64,000 nt of DNA, taken from the NCBI GenBank assembly GCA_050575255.1, contig JBNZDD010013613.1, positions 1,049,621-1,113,620 on the forward strand, written 5' to 3'. This document shows, in pieces, positions 12,859 to 25,812 of this stretch (position 1 is the first letter of the stretch; every line of letters starts with the position of its first letter). The position numbers were made by a program, and so were the translations under genes. This DNA comes from Harriotta raleighana (taxonomy: Eukaryota). The notes beneath the pieces are model-generated. The model saw only the letters and a list, made by a program, of their open reading frames with translations. It had not been told where the DNA came from and made no database searches.

Positions 12859-14872
12859 TTTGAGCGTCAGCAGCTGGCCATTTGGGTGGAGTGTGGAAGC
12901 TGGATATTGCTGCATGCTCCTGTTAAAAGAGTCTTAGACATTATTGTTTACTGTTGTAGCTGGTACAGTACTTGGCTATTTTATTTGTGATGGAAGGCAG
13001 CATTTGTCACTCTGATCATAAGGATTCACCAATTCAATATAGACCAATTCAGTGCATTGTTTAAACATTCTTACTTCACGGCAGGCATTCCCAACCTTGC
13101 GTTAATGAATTGAATCATGCATAAATTATACACCCCAATCTATCACTGTGGTGGAAGCAAGCCTCTGGTCAGATTAACAAATGCTTAGATTGTTCATCAT
13201 ATAAAAATAAACCAGATTAACTTTGATCTCAAGACAGCTGACAGCTTCTCTTCAACCTTAAATAAAAACGACTGCTCTTTACGATACAAGAAATCCTTCA
13301 ACATTCCACAAATTTTCCTGTAATGCAGCACTTTCACACAATGTCTTTGACCCCACAGCAAAATTGTAGTTTTCCGACACCACAATAATCAAGCTTTATC
13401 GCAATTTCTCTTTTTAGAACTTCTATTTGTATTTTTTATTACAATCCTATAAATTCTTGGACAGTTTTACGGTGTTGCATTGATGGGCCAGAGGTCCCAT
13501 AAAACGACCTTTGAAAACTTTAGAGGCCAGCGCTCAACATTTCACACACCCAACACCTTCAAATTTAAGATCAGTGAAAACTGAGGAAATTCATTACATT
13601 TAGTCAGCGCCTTGGGACGTTCTCGTTACGGGAAAGACCCTATACTGTACAAGTGTAATTTTGTTGTTGTAACCTCAATTTGGAAGCTGTTTTTCTCCAG
13701 TTTTTCAAAATCCTGGTTATTTTTTGAAGTAGTAAAACAATCTAAAAATACATGTTCTTTCTTGACATCATTCCATTTTACAGTGTATCCTGTGATGCCA
13801 CTAAATCAAATGCAAGTATTATTATATTATTATTTATCAATCAGCCACCAAAGGGATAGTGTTTTACCACAATTATACTGTCAAACAGTATATTGTTCAC
13901 TAGGAGATATACAATTTGATATACCAGACAGATTACCTGAACTTTTCACAGTTGTCTTTTTCCATCGTATTGTCTTTTTTTTATATCATCAATAAATTGT
14001 AAGTAAACAAATGTTTTACCAAGCCACAAACAGATAATCTATAGGAGAAAATGCATCTGCCAATTGTGCAGCCAGTGATGTATGTTCACATCCAATAGGT
14101 CCTTATTGAAATTACCTTTCTTTTCGCACAATTAACATTTTTTACAGTGTAAAACTAGTAACAACTATTCATTCTGAAATGTAATAGCCCTTATGTGACG
14201 CTCTAACCCCCCTTCTTTATGTACCAAATACAAGGCTATGATCACAAGCAGCTCAGCTGGTTTAATAGAATATCCTCTTTAGTCTTTTCTTATTGCAGAA
14301 TTAAGGGATCCTAAATGAGTTCAGTATCCCAGCCTCAGCGACTCGACATATTAAGAAATACTTCCTTGCGGTTGTCTTAAATTGTTCTTCAAAACGACAC
14401 GTATTTCTTTGATCTTATATTCTCAATCTGATTTAGCATTTATATACAACAAAATTTACCTTTATAAAGTCACTATATTGTGAATCTCTTTTCAAGCTTG
14501 AAACTCCCCAGTGTCCGGTCATTCTTCAAAGCTCATTGCTCTAATACTTTGGATCCTCCTTGGGAATGTTAGAAACATATTGTGCTCAGACATATCCCTG
14601 ATCCAACTTCATTTGCATTCTGGAAATGAAATTTTCCCATCTGTAGTCTTGGTCGCACCTCAAAAAAAATACCAGCCACTATTATTCATCCACCACAGGG
14701 GTAACAGTTTTTTGTCAGCATGTTGGAATCCTTTAGCTAAGGTTGATTTTCACAGTGATCACAGCGCACAGGTAGAAGGAAAGAGATTCTGAGTCTTTAA
14801 GAGAGGAGCAGGATAGGGGAAAACAGGCCTGTTTAAAAATAAGTAGCTTCAAAGTCAGTATCGGAACGCCAA

Positions 14873-15433
14873 TTGCACACAGCAGTATCCCACAGACAAT
14901 TTTTGGGTGAAAAGACTCATTTTTAATTGTTTTTTGAAGGATTATTATCCGGAGTGTGGAGTAAGGAAACCTGCCCAAGGTTTCACCCTGACCTGCTTGG
15001 AATTGAACCCAGGTCTCTCAAGCTTGTAAGGCGAGCGCTCTAACCACTCAGCTACAAGACTCCACAAATCAGTGGCCATCCTCATATTGCACTGAGAGGT
15101 CAGCCAAAAAACAACAATAAATCAGTCACTTCAATCCACGACTGTTTGTGGGACGCTGCTGTGCGCAATTGGCTGCCACTGGTCACCCACAAATATACAG
15201 TCAATATAATTGGGAAGCACTTTGAGACATCCAGAAGATGTGAAATGGTCTACGATCAAATGCAAGCATTATTTTTAAAGTTCCAACTCAAAGTTCAATG
15301 CACAACCTTATGTATAATATAATAATCCTTGCATTTGATATAGCGCTTTTCACATCTTATCAACGCACTTCACAGAATATACTGTAAAGTGAATTGACTG
15401 TATATTTGTGGGTGGAACGCGGCAGCCAATTGC
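14873..15433. mobile_element. Cluster of three tRNA-SINE pieces in alternating orientation (-, +, -)
   Basis: 14873-15062 minus with head gtagctgagtggttagagcgctcgccttacaagc...ggttcaattcc; 15115-15275 plus body and tail; 15320-15433 minus tail and body. Confidence 0.8.
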
Positions 15434-15559
15434 NNNNNNNNNNNNNNNNNNNNNNNNNNNNNNNNNNNNNNNNNNNNNNNNNNNNNNNNNNNNNNNNNNN
15501 NNNNNNNNNNNNNNNNNNNNNNNNNNNNNNNNNNNNNNNNNNNNNNNNNNNNNNNNNNN
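15434..15559. other. Assembly gap (N run)
   Basis: 126 consecutive N. A second 13-N gap lies at 47970-47982 after a poly-G tract. Confidence 0.99.
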
Positions 15560-15699
15560 AGAGAGAGAGAGAGGCAGGGCAAGGGAGACAAAGGAGAAAA
15601 TGGGGTAGAGGACAGGGGGTGGTGGGTTAAAGACGTCTTACTGTTGTGAAATAAAAGGGGGAATTGCGAGAAAACTGGAGAGAGATGTTAATAACGTTA

Positions 15700-16058
15700 A
15701 AACAAAGAGGAGGTAAAATTGCTAAAGAACAGGCTGGTTGCAAAAGAGAGGGGAAGGTGAGCTGTTATGGCCTAAAATTGTTGAAATCAATATTAAGGCC
15801 AGAGGGCTGTGGGTTCCCTAGGAAATGGATAAGGTGTTCCTCGAGTTTGTGCTGCAGTTCATTGGAACAGCGTTGGAGACCATGGATGGAGAGATCAGAC
15901 TGTGAGTGGGAAGGACAGTTAAAATGGCATGATAGCAGTAAGTCAGGGTTGTATTTGCGGACAGAATGTAAGGCAAATTGGTCACCCAATCTGTGTTCGG
16001 GCTCCCCAGTGTATCGTGAGCAGCGGATGCAATATACTACATTAGTGGTTGTACAGTG
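15700..16058 (-). mobile_element. Penelope-like retroelement fragment, GIY-YIG endonuclease domain (degenerate)
   Basis: CTTTNVVYCIRCSR-YTGE..HRLGDQFA.H.VRK...CHFN.PSHSQSDLSIHGL..CSNE.Q.KLEEHLI.FLG..QPSGLNIDFNNFR matches the PLE GIY-YIG pattern (VYCI.C...YxGE...R...H...GLN). Confidence 0.9.
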
Positions 16059-16280
16059 AGATGGCGTTTTACAATGTATTGCACTGGATTGTGAACCTTG
16101 ATGAAGAGTCCAGCCAGATCCTAGTGTAGGCCTTGAACACACAATCTGCCAAGTGGTGTCAACTTCCCACAAAACATACAGTTAATTCACTTTACAATAT
16201 GTTCTGTGAAATGCTTTGCGATGTCTCAACAATGTGATGAGGCATTATGTCATATGGAAGGATAACGTATTACAGGACTA

Positions 16281-17145
16281 CAGTAAAACCTTGTTTATCC
16301 GTGACTCGATGAACTGGAAAACCCGTTCAGCCGCCATCTCAAAAAAAAGTCCCGATTCAATGACCCGGAAGTTATCCAGCAGAATAGTAAAGACGCATTT
16401 AATGAATGGATTCCCGCACGCGACTCCTGCTGCAGCTATATCGGCGGCCGCTAGTTGAGCCTCAAGTTACGCTACTGACGTTTTTTTCAAAACTCGCGAT
16501 ACTACCGTTTGTTAAGAAAAAGTAGTTTTCCCGATTGTTTTTTTCCTCCTTTGGCAGCCATTGTAGAAGTTAAGTACAAATTCTAAAGTACTAATACAAT
16601 ATTCTGTTAGTATAGTATCTGTTATTAGTGTATTTAGTCTATTATTTATATAGTATTGTTCAACATTTACATGTGTGTGTGTGTGTGCTCTATCTCTGCA
16701 AGTCCAGCCATTGTAGAAGTTAAGTATAAATTCTAAACTACTAATACAATATTCTGTTAGTATAGTATCTGTTATTAGTGTATTTAGTCTATTATTTATA
16801 TAATATTGTTAAACATTTACATGCGTATGTGTGTGTATGTTTGTGTGTATATATACTCTCTCTCTGCAAGTCCAGCATATTCGATCAATTCAAAATACCT
16901 CACAAGGAGGTTTCACAGTAATCGACCATGCCTTCCCCTCGCTGAGGGTTAGTGGCGTGCGGACGGCAGCTTCCTGTGTTTGCACAGTGTGGGAGCTGGG
17001 AATCTGTTATTACTGGGTTAAAATAATTTTTAATTTTAAAAAAAATGATTTGTTTTCAAAAAAATGTTTTTGTCCGTTTAACCAGAAAACCATTTAACCA
17101 CCACTGGCCAGGTCCCGTGGGTACCAGATAAACAAGGTTTTACTG
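16281..17145 (+). mobile_element. Non-autonomous Tc1/mariner (pogo/Tigger-like) MITE
   Basis: Perfect 19-bp terminal inverted repeats cagtaaaaccttgtttatc / gataaacaaggttttactg, flanked by TA on both sides (16279-16280, 17146-17147). Internal tandem duplication at about 16555-16876. Confidence 0.9.
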
Positions 17146-17173
17146 TATAACTACCACAAACTGACTCACATAC

Positions 17174-17460
17174 CTTTCGCTCTGCAGTTTTTATCCCTTT
17201 CACATCATATCGATAAGATTCAGTTATAAAGCATCAATGTAGTTTAATACTTGGATTGATTTTTCCATCCAGTGTAGAGACAAAGGTGCTTGGGTTAATC
17301 GTGTAAAAAGATGGATCTATGATTCCACTCAGTCATTCAGATGTTGCATTTATCAAAACATTTTTAATAGATTTTAAGCAGGATGATAGTTGAATTAATG
17401 AGTCCATTCTCTCCCTGCCTGTTGGAAATGGAACTCATTTAGAAATGTGCGATATAGCAT
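17174..17460 (-). pseudogene. Candidate decayed exon (287 nt, phase 1 to 0) of an unidentified gene
   Basis: Acceptor ttattctttgcag and donor AAG/gtatgt. The 95-codon frame is broken only by three TGA. Confidence 0.35.
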
Positions 17461-18507
17461 CTGCAAAGAATAATAATTAAACGGAAGTAAACAGGGAGCC
17501 TTACATCATCTGGTGCAATCTGAGAATCCGATACACATCATTTTAGAAAAGCAGGATAACACTGTAGTTAATTCAGGAACAACACAATTCAATAATCAAG
17601 GAGGAATTATTTAGCTTTTGTTACAATGACTATGAGTAGATGCTATATTTTCAAGGTACTCTGATCCCTCTTCGCATTCAAGCACAGCAGTAAAATCATG
17701 CAAGCTTGTTATTTATCCAAACAATGGCACAAATCCAGTCACAGCCTGCGATTTCCCCAATAGACTGAAAATAAGTGGATTTCCTAATTGTTTGTTCAAA
17801 GCCTAGTTTGGCAAAAGAAAACATTTATTGGCTCAGATTCTTGAATCTTTTATATATTAAATTAAATTATCTATAGAGCTTCTGGTCTGTGGTGCTGTGT
17901 TTGTGCCCCTTTTAGCGTTCCAATCAGCACTAGATTGAGTGGTTTCTAGGGATGGAGCATTGTATCTTGGCAGAAAGCCTTCGTATACTCATTTACTCAC
18001 ATCTCCAGTCAGAAAATGTGATGCAGACAACAACAACAACAACAAATTACATTTGCAGAGAGCTGGGAGCATGTCTCGAGATGTGTCTGAAGGATCCTTG
18101 GGAGACAGCAAGGCAAAGAGTCTATATGATGGAGTTACAAAGGGTGCGGACTAAGAAGCAGAAGGTCCGACTGCCAATGACAGTCACAGTCCATATACTG
18201 TACAGCCCGAGAGATACATACTGTACTTACATGAACCCTGATCTGACCCACAATTTTCTCAGAAAATAAATTTCCAGGTTGGCGTGATATACATTTTCAT
18301 AATTTATTTATCTAAAATATTCCTGCAATTTATTTCCCAAGGACGTCCACCCATTCTGGCACGTTTGATTGCATTTTTTTGATTGATGTGTGCATCACGG
18401 GTTTTAGACTCATGGCATATTGCCAGCTCTTCCGAACAGCTACCCAATCAGTTCCACTCTCGCCGCTCTTTCTATTCAGAGCGTTTTCCATTCAAATGCT
18501 TTCTCAA

Positions 18508-19050
18508 CCACAACAACAAAATGACACTTGTACAGCGCCTTTCACGTCAGGGGTATGTCCCAAGGGGCTGGACAGTCACTGTGTCAGACCCGAGCTGGGG
18601 ATGAGCGGGGAGGGAGGGGGTATTAGGAGACTCCGATGGCGCCATCGAAGAGAGTTTTGAGGAGGGACTTGAAGGGGGCCAGGGGTTGGGGATAAAGTGA
18701 CTGAAGGCTCGCCCACTAATGTGGGCCGGATGGGTCAGGGGACATGGAACAGGTCAGAGCTTGCTGAGCGGAGGGCATGGGCAGCTTGGTAAGGGGTCAC
18801 GGATGTAGGGTGGGGCGAGGTTGTAGAGGGCTTTGAATGTGAGCACCAGGATCTTGGATTGGATCCTCTGGGTGATGGGGGAGATGGAGTCGGGCGAGGA
18901 TGGGGGAGATGGGGTCACGGAGTTTGGAACGGTAGAGGACACGGGCCACAGATTTCTGGATCATCTGCAGCCTGTGGAGGGAGCAATTAGGAAGGCTGAT
19001 AAGCAAGGCATTTGCGTAGTCAAGCCGAGATGTAATGAAGGCATGAAGGC
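18508..19050 (-). mobile_element. LINE2 3' fragment with type-A tail
   Basis: LHRLQMIQKSVARVL...PISPILARLHL..KILVLTFKALYNLAPPY motifs. Confidence 0.9.
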
Positions 19051-19682
19051 AACCCAGTATTTTGATTATATTAAGTATAAGTTCAGTATAAGTTCTTTCA
19101 GAGCTCTGGGTTAGATTGATTTAAGATGATTTGACTGTCCCTACCGCATTCCTCAACACAATGCAAAGTTAAATTTATAGTATATTCTGTGAAACGTCTC
19201 GAGGCATTCTCCCAACGTAAAGGGTGGTATATCAAACCACCCTTTACAGGAAGGAAAATTCTTATTACAGTATTTAGTTGGGTATAATACAGCTGCTGAA
19301 CTGGAAGCGCTTGGCATTGACATAAGATTAAAGTGAAAAGGTTTTATTTCACAGCTCTGACATCTCTGAAATTCATGCATCAACAACAATACGACTGACA
19401 AAAATAAACGAAATATTTTTCTCATTTATGTTGTTCTGCGCATAGATGATTTGTCTGCACATAGAAGGTTTCCCCAATGCTTTAATCAATGCTCTGCTTT
19501 TGGGCATTTGACTATGTCTGATTTTCCTTAACTAATGAGAAGGAAACAGAGTCCCGAATAAGACTTGAGGGCACATTGACTTTGTGCTGAGGTCATATGC
19601 TTTATTTTTAATGTAATGGACTTCCTATTGCATATTGAATTATCAACAGGTCATTTGCTGACAAACGGTCACATTTCTGTCA

Positions 19683-20625
19683 CAGAATCATAGAATTTTA
19701 CGTCACAAAAGGAGGCCATTTGGCCCATCTAGTCTGTGTCCTTTGACTCTTTGAAAAGAGCAACTCAATCCCACTGCCCAGCTTTCTCCCCATAACCTAA
19801 CAGACCCCTTCTCCCTAAATAAAGATCTAATTCTCTTTCAAAAGCTGTTATCGAATCGGCCTCCACCACCTTTTCAGGCAATGCATTCCAGATTCGAACA
19901 ACCCGCTGAGAGAAAACATGTCTCCTCAGCTCCCCTCTGCTTCGTTTTGAAACTATTTTAAATCTGTGACCACGAGTCACTGATTCGCCCACCAGTGGAA
20001 ACAGTTTTTCCTTATTCACCCTGTCGAATCTCTCATGAGTTTATAAACCTCTATTAGGTCTCCTCTCAACCTTCTCTGTTCTAAAGAGAATAAACCTAGC
20101 CAATCTAACCTTTCCTTATAACTGAAGTCCCTCAATCCTGGTACCATTCTAGTAAACCTTCTTTGCACCCTTTGCAATGCTTAAAATCCTTTCTATAGTG
20201 TGATGACCAGAATTGGACACAGTACTAACCAAAGTTTATAGACTATAGGTTAGTCAGCACATCCTGACTTTTGTACTCTATACGCCTATTTATAAAGCCT
20301 AGTATCCCATATACCTTCTTAACGGCTTTGTCTACCTGTCCTGCCAACTTCAAAGAGTCATTAACACAAATCCCCAAGTTTCTCTGTTCTCTCACATCCC
20401 TTAAAAGTGTACTATCTAGGCTATATTGCCTCCCCTCATTTCTTCTCACATTTCTCTGCATTAAGCTTCATCTGCCATGTGTCTGCCCACTTTACCATTT
20501 TGTTTATATCTTCTTGCAGATGGCTACGATCCTCCTCACTATTTACTCTTCTCCCTAATTTAGTATCATCTGCAAACTTGGAAACTGTGCTCCCTAAACC
20601 CAAGTCCAGATCATTAATATATATT
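19683..20625 (-). mobile_element. CR1-type LINE, RT C-terminal half to 3' end, with frameshifts and deletions
   Basis: IYINDLDLGLGSTVSKFADDTKLG (RT catalytic motif), WADTWQMKLNAEKC, RVVRIWNALPEKVVEA and the terminal (ATTCTATG) repeat. Confidence 0.95.
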
Positions 20626-21204
20626 AAAATATGTCTTGTGAATCCATTAAATGAACTGACCCTGGAATACTTTGCTCCTGACACAAAAATTATCCTGCCG
20701 GGTGCCAATCCTGATCATTCATCACCACGTCATTTTTATCCTCCTGGCGTGAAAGCCACTCTCAAATGCAGGGATTAGTTCTTCACTGTCTATCCACAGC
20801 CCCAAACTTTCCAAATTCTCCCTCCTGCAGTGTGAGCTGTATCTGTTACACCTGCTCTCTTTTGCTCTTCTGCTGTGTGCGGCCCTTACTGTTGAACATG
20901 GGAGCAGTGGGGATTCACACATGGAGCTGCTTTTGCAGACTACATTCCATTTCCTCTCATGTCACGTTCATTCTTCTGCCCACTGCTGTTATCGCATGTG
21001 TTACCTGCCTGCCAACATTGTTGCTAACAGTTTTCTGACTCGTTTTGCCTTCGTGTCCCCCCCAAATTGTGAAGTCAGACTTGACACTGCCTGTTATGCA
21101 CAGTGTGGAAGGAGGGGGGCGGTCAGAATCGCACAAATAAATGTTCCATCCATCAAGAAAGATTGCACAGGTTAAAGCTTTACTCTCTGGAGATGACACC
21201 ATTG

Positions 21205-21435
21205 AAGATGGACCTCAACAAGGTGTTTAAAATTTTGAAAGGATGTAATAAGCTTTAACGGGCTGTTTCTGCTTGCTGGTGAGTTCAAAATAAGAAGACA
21301 TAAATACGACACAGACAACACCAGATCTAAAGGGAGTTTAGGAGCAACATTTTACACAGTAGGTGGTGAGAATGTTGAACTCGCTGTCAGATACTATAGT
21401 TAAAAATAAAACACCAGTGTATTTAAGAGAAACAA
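21205..21435 (+). mobile_element. Old CR1 3' fragment
   Basis: Degenerate 'gacctc...aggtgtttaaaatt...agaagacataaa...tttacacagtaggtggtgagaatgttgaactcgct'. Confidence 0.6.
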
Positions 21436-22589
21436 CAACGTAATTTAGAGAAATTAATTAACCAAAAGAATGGTGCATACATGAGAACGGATTACAGGTA
21501 CTGTATAGTTGAAGGGACTAGCATGGGAGGAAGCATATACAGTAATAATAATCCTTGTGTTTGATATAGCGTCTTATCACATCTTTGAAGTGCCTCATAG
21601 CGCTTCACAGTATATTCCGTAGTTGGGGGCAGAGAGGCTGAAAGCCCGGCCACCGATGGTTGGGCGATTAGGGCGGTGGACGCGGAGCAGTTTGCTGAAC
21701 GGAGGGGACGGACAGGTTGATAGGGAGACAGCAGGTCAGAGAGACAGGCAGGGGCAAGGCCGTGAGTGGCCTTGAAAGTGAGGACGAAGATCAAACCCAC
21801 GTCTCTCACCTGCAAGGCGGGTGTTCTAATCACTGAGCTGCAGAACACAAATTTATGTGGAGTTTAATCACTGGCACTGACTGCGTTTGGGCCAAATGGA
21901 CAGTTCCCATACTGTAAGAGTCTATGAAATTCTATGTCGACGGTATTGCTCCATAACATGGCATCTACATCAACAAGGATTCATTTCATAGAAAAGCACC
22001 AAAACAGGCCGTTCAGCCCAGCTCGTCTGTTCCAGTGTTTATACTCCACATAAGCCTCCACCCATCTAATTCCCCTCCCACACCAGCTCCCTAGTTTTCC
22101 CATTATCCGCTCTGTATTATCTTCCCTCACACATCCCTTGTTTCCTCTTAATTGCTACAGTTTCTGGCTGTGACAGTGTTTTTTTTTGTAGAAACAGGCT
22201 TATAAATCACCTTGGTGCATGTTATCATTATAATTCATTCCAAACTTACAATATATTGAGATCAAGCGATTTGAGAGCTGCCTCACTAGTGTGAATTTCT
22301 CATTAATGTATGTTGTCGTTATTGACTGCTGGGTTTTTATTTGCATCAATTAAATTGTGTTTCCCACACTTTTCGTTTTTGTATTGTTGGGCTTTCAATT
22401 CGATTCTGTTATTACTTCATTAACACTTTCGAACATTGTCCTTTCCTCCCATTTCCCACAAAATAGAGAAATGTCAGGCCTTTTACAGTACTTAAGGCAT
22501 GTTACAAGTTCACAACACTGATATGGATAACGAAAGACTAGAAGCCTATTTGATTTAATCCTTACAGAATTCCACCCTACTGTCTTTCT

Positions 22590-22910
22590 AGCTTTTTTTT
22601 AATGTGAATCCAGTTGTCTCAAACACCCTGACATGTGACCTGCTCAAATCATTAATTACAATCTGAGTTAAAAATACTTACGGATGTCTGTCCTGAAATT
22701 GCCTTTTGCAACTCTATGTGTTATGGTTCTACTGTCTTGATGCATCCGAGAGTATTGGTCTGAATTTAATTTCTTAATTAGATTTAAAATGCTATGTACG
22801 ATTCCCTCTCTTGTATTATTTCAAGTTTGAAGAGCTCCAGTTTGTCTAATCATTGCTCATAGCTTCTTCCTCTAAACGCTGGGGAATCTTCATTGCTCTG
22901 CTTTGCACTG
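22590..22910 (-). mobile_element. Old CR1 3' fragment
   Basis: Minus strand encodes SYEQ.LDKLELF.LE and SRT..H..AKGNFRTDIRKYF-like motifs. Confidence 0.6.
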
Positions 22911-23951
22911 GAGCGTGTAATTAATTTATCAAATACATAACCTTTCTTTTATAGTTAGAATTCATTGTTAATTTCAATAATTAATATTATCAATTCAAAA
23001 AATGTGTAAGAATTGGCCCGAGATACACACTTCAATATATCTATATCGTCTTTTGACCTCAATTCTAAATTATTTCACTGAATGTTTGCCCGTGAGGAGC
23101 TCACATGCATCATGTCATTCTAAATTAAGAGCTTTGAGACATCAATAAGATGTATGTAAGGATTATTATTATTATTAAATGTGCAATCGTTAATACAGTT
23201 TAATGATTCATNATAAGATGTGGAAAGCACTATATAAATGTAAGGATTATTATTATTATTAAATATGCAATCGTTAACACAGTTTAATGATTCACNTATT
23301 AAATGTGCAATCGTTAATACAGTTTAATGATTCATATATTATTTGACAATATAATTTTCAAAGATATATTGAGAATCATAGAACAATAGACAGTTACAGT
23401 GCAGGACATTCAGTCCGTAGTTAGCACATACCTCTTACTATAAGCAAGTTCCTTACTTTATACACCTCTAGTTACCTAGACACAAGTAGGAACTTGGTTG
23501 TTGGTTGATTGGCAGATCGGCTTTCCAGTGGTAACAATCCATCTCTGAATTGCCCACAAATCCACTTTACAATAGCTTCTGTGAAGCACTTTGAGATGTT
23601 TTGAGATGGCGTGATACAGGGCTATATCAATTGCAAGTGTAATTTATTAATACAGTATTCATTATTATTCTCGCGGTTCTAACAACTCTGAGAGTAAGCC
23701 ATTCCTTCAATCCCACTGCTCCATCCTGTCTCTACACCCCTTTGAGCCTTTGCCTTTCATAGACCCGTTTACTTCCCACTTGAAACCCACGATGGACTTT
23801 GCATCGACCACCTTATTTGGCAGTTTAAATGCTGTCAGTACAGTTGGCCCCCAGCATGTCCTCATCCACTATCTGCCACCCATATTGTTTATAATGGGAT
23901 CTCTTTGAGGTCGCATTTCTTCCAATTTTCTATTTAGGAATGGCAATCAAA

Positions 23952-25405
23952 GGGTTAAACCTGCTGCAACCAACAATTTTCCTATTTCAAATCACTCCTC
24001 AAAATATTCCTAATTATCTGTCTCCTATTCCTTAACTGCTGGGAAGATGATACAAAGGTTTTTAAATCCAGTTTATGGTATAACAGGACTCACAAGCAAG
24101 TGATATTTTTTTTCCTCACATTCCCAAAGATCAAGAGCGCAAATGGTACATGATCATATCCCAGTAATCAAACTGGATTGGAGACTGAGTTTTGCAATGT
24201 AGATCTACATTGGAGAAATAGTGCAACATCAAAGAATATTCTGAGATCGTGCAGCTTTGAGTGGCCTGACATGTCACTCTATTATGATGTACAAGAGCGA
24301 GTTTCATTAAATGCGAAACACTAACAAACAGCCTACTCCGATTTACTCTTTACTACAAGTGTTCAGCCACTACATTACTAAAGCCTTTGAAATTTAAGAA
24401 ATCTGAGACAAAGGACAGTAGGTGAAATCCCAGTATTATTTTACGTTGCTAACGTCCATAAATTTGCATGTTCTCATAAGGTTAAACCTGCTGCAACCAA
24501 CAATTTTCCTATTTCAAATCACTCCTCAAAATAATCCTAATTATCTGTCTCCTATTCCTTAACTGCTGGGAAGATGATAGAAAGGTTTTTNATACAAAGG
24601 TTTTTAAATCCAGTTTATGGTATAACAGGACTCACAAGCAAGTGATATTTTTTTTCCTCACATTCCCAAAGATCAAGAGCGCAAATGGTACATGATCATA
24701 TCCCAGTAATCAAACTGGATTGGAGACTGAGTTTTGCAATGTAGATCTACATTGGAGAAATAGTGCAACATCAAAGAATATTCTGAGATCGTGCAGCTTT
24801 GAGTGGCCTGACATGTCACTCTATTATGATGTACAAGAGCGAGTTTCATTAAATGCGAAACACTAACAAACAGCCTACTCCGATTTACTCTTTACTACAA
24901 GTGTTCAGCCACTACATTACTAAAGCCTTTGAAATTTAAGAAATCTGAGACAAAGGACAGTAGGTGAAATCCCAGTATTATTTTACGTTGCTAACGTCCA
25001 TAAATTTGCATGTTCTCATAAGGTTAAACCTGCTGCAACCAACAATTTTCCTATCTCAAATCACTCCTCAAAATAATCCTAATTATCTGTCTCCTATTCC
25101 TTAATTGCTGGGAAGATGATACAAAGGTTTTTAACCCAGTTAGGATATTAACAGGACTCACAAGCAAGTGATATTTTTTTTCCTCACATTCCCTAGCATG
25201 TTCTCATGTTCTTTCCGACCCTGATATTGTCTTTGGCCATTGAAAGTCCCCCAAATCAAACTTTCACTGAGATTAAATAAAGGTCAGTGTTACTTAATAA
25301 TTCCACTTAAAATTCTAAGGCAATAGTTCATCTGAAGGTCTGCAAATTTATGGACGTTAGCAATGTAAAATAATAATGGATTTCACCTATTGTCCCTTGT
25401 CTCAG
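23952..25405. repeat. Local about 530-bp tandem duplication (partly an artefact across N at 24591) plus a 65-bp inverted copy
   Basis: ggttaaacctgctgcaaccaac recurs at about 23953, 24480 and 25022. 25341-25405 is an approximate reverse complement of 24945-25010. Confidence 0.85.
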
Positions 25406-25491
25406 TTTTCAATATTAATTTCTTGTATTGTGTTTCCATTGCCTGTATCTCACACCTGCCTACTCCTAATGTCTCCCACCCAGCTCGGGCT

Positions 25492-25812
25492 CAGAGGCGC
25501 TATTAACGTTGGTGCAACACAACGACAGGGGGGCGAGCCCCCTAAAGTAACGCAAAAAATCATCGAAATGGGAGGATTCGAGTGTGCTGCGCTCTTGTCT
25601 TTTGTTCAATACCTGTATAGTGAAAACCAGAGCTCTCCCCATCCCGGCGGAGCAGACCGTCTGCCTAGAGAGCCATCGCACCCACCAAAAGTTAATTTTT
25701 GCATAAAATAAAATCGGGCGTGCAGCGCGGACTTATTAAACATGACGTCAGTGACGGGGGGGCCCCCCTAAGAAAATTGACAGAGAAGTTTGAACTCTTA
25801 TAATCGCCTCTG
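25492..25812. mobile_element. hAT-type MITE (321 bp, CpG-rich) inserted in an old L2 tail
   Basis: Ends cagaggcgctattaa / ttataatcgcctctg (imperfect TIR). Flanks ctcgggct (25484-25491) and ctcaggat (25813-25820) match at 6 of 8, consistent with a decayed 8-bp TSD. Confidence 0.7.

Noticed and set aside
13197-13975. Possible TRIM-like coiled-coil exons (MEKDNCEKF/RKICGMLKDFLYRKEQSFLFKVEEKL)
   Set aside because: Vague resemblance only, no donor after the second segment, and no RING, B-box or B30.2 exons seen.
19271-19335. Plus-strand YLVGYNTAAELEALGIDIRLK resembles the SAP-like motif of SDE2/SF3A3
   Set aside because: Only 21 codons, needs an insertion to align, stops immediately, and the diagnostic GLKCGGT is absent.
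19153-19425. 90-aa minus ORF with a signal-peptide-like start
   Set aside because: Its 3' part runs through a retroposon tail remnant and there is no other support.
22682-22760. Exon-like segment with acceptor and gtaagt donor on the minus strand
   Set aside because: It lies inside a recognisable old CR1 fragment.
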